64,000 nt of DNA, taken from the NCBI GenBank assembly GCA_035533875.1, contig DATLSZ010000038.1, positions 355 to 64,354 on the forward strand, written 5' to 3'. Under the pieces are notes generated by a model. It saw nothing but the letters and a program-made list of their open reading frames with translations. It had not been told where the DNA came from and searched no databases. The number at the start of each line of letters is the position of its first letter. Position 1 is the stretch's first letter. The position numbers and the translations under genes were made by a program. Of this stretch, positions 63,728 through 64,000 are shown piece after piece. The DNA comes from Candidatus Acidiferrales bacterium (GTDB taxonomy: Bacteria; Patescibacteriota; Microgenomatia; Levybacterales; UBA12049).

Positions 63728-64000
63728 GAGGAATGAAGAAGATATTGCGGCATCTTTTAATACCTCACGAATCAAATAACCACAGGTCCCGTGTACTCCA
63801 TCATGATAGTTTATTGTTAATTATTTCCTTTCTTGTCGCTGGGCTTATCATTATCCAAGGAACTCACCGGGAATATCCGGCGGTGCTTGGAGACTCGACT
63901 GCTTCGATAACTGTTGAGGATCTCTTGAAAGATACCAACGTTGATAGGGAAGCGCATGGACTGGCGCCGTTAGTTCTTAACCCAGAATTGACCCAAGCAG
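63728..64000 (+). CDS. Membrane-anchored protein, 5' partial (CAP/YkwD-like domain beginning at the window edge)
   Basis: ATG at 63728, open to the window end. N-terminal IPHESNNHRSRVLH motif, a TM segment, then NVDREAHGLAPLVLNPELTQA typical of CAP-domain starts. Confidence 0.55.

Noticed and set aside
1-64000. A prophage or integrative element explaining the accessory regions
   Set aside because: No integrase, recombinase, transposase, terminase, capsid or tRNA attachment site was recognised in any of the six frames provided. Mobility of the module and cassettes therefore remains inference only.

Overview
The 64-kb window reads as a chromosomal segment of a moderate-GC, small-genome bacterium. 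Gene content suggests a Patescibacteria/CPR-like organism (inference only). Supporting features are a short TsaB, a lamin-tail-domain protein, Ser/Pro-rich secreted enzymes, an archaeal-type CarS homologue and stuttering palindromic intergenic repeats. No rRNA, tRNA, CRISPR array, integrase or transposase was found. Layout: (1) secA, then a 10-kb accessory block of secreted proteins (GH5-like, VWA, clan GH-A hydrolase, small secreted protein, DapF-like fusion, PLC-type phosphoesterase). Its first three genes are each bracketed by a degenerate copy of the secA 3' end. (2) A HAD phosphatase, an orphan Arg/Glu-rich repeat protein and a LysR regulator. (3) An inositol-phospholipid cluster (Ino1, CDP-alcohol phosphatidyltransferase, PHP phosphoesterase, lipid kinase, CarS-like). 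(4) Two GH130 phosphorylase-like genes. (5) A near-complete de novo purine operon on the minus strand (purM, C, E, K, B, H, Q, SL, D, F-N). It is interrupted by nested-palindrome repeats and preceded by a consensus promoter plus a terminated leader. (6) prfB and folC, then a tightly overlapping folate operon (folP-folB-folE-pabC-pabB/folK plus a CofE-like ligase). (7) ftsEX with a coiled-coil hydrolase, an LTD protein and tsaE/tsaC/tsaB. (8) The main candidate for a novel system: a three-gene module at 55903-63643, divergently transcribed from a compact promoter region and centred on a HerA/FtsK-like P-loop ATPase of 1367 aa. Its proteins have outlier amino-acid and codon usage. They share an N-terminal S-x-R-I-H-(V/I/L)-R-x-x-G-x-G box with each other and with the orphan gene at 14200-15030.
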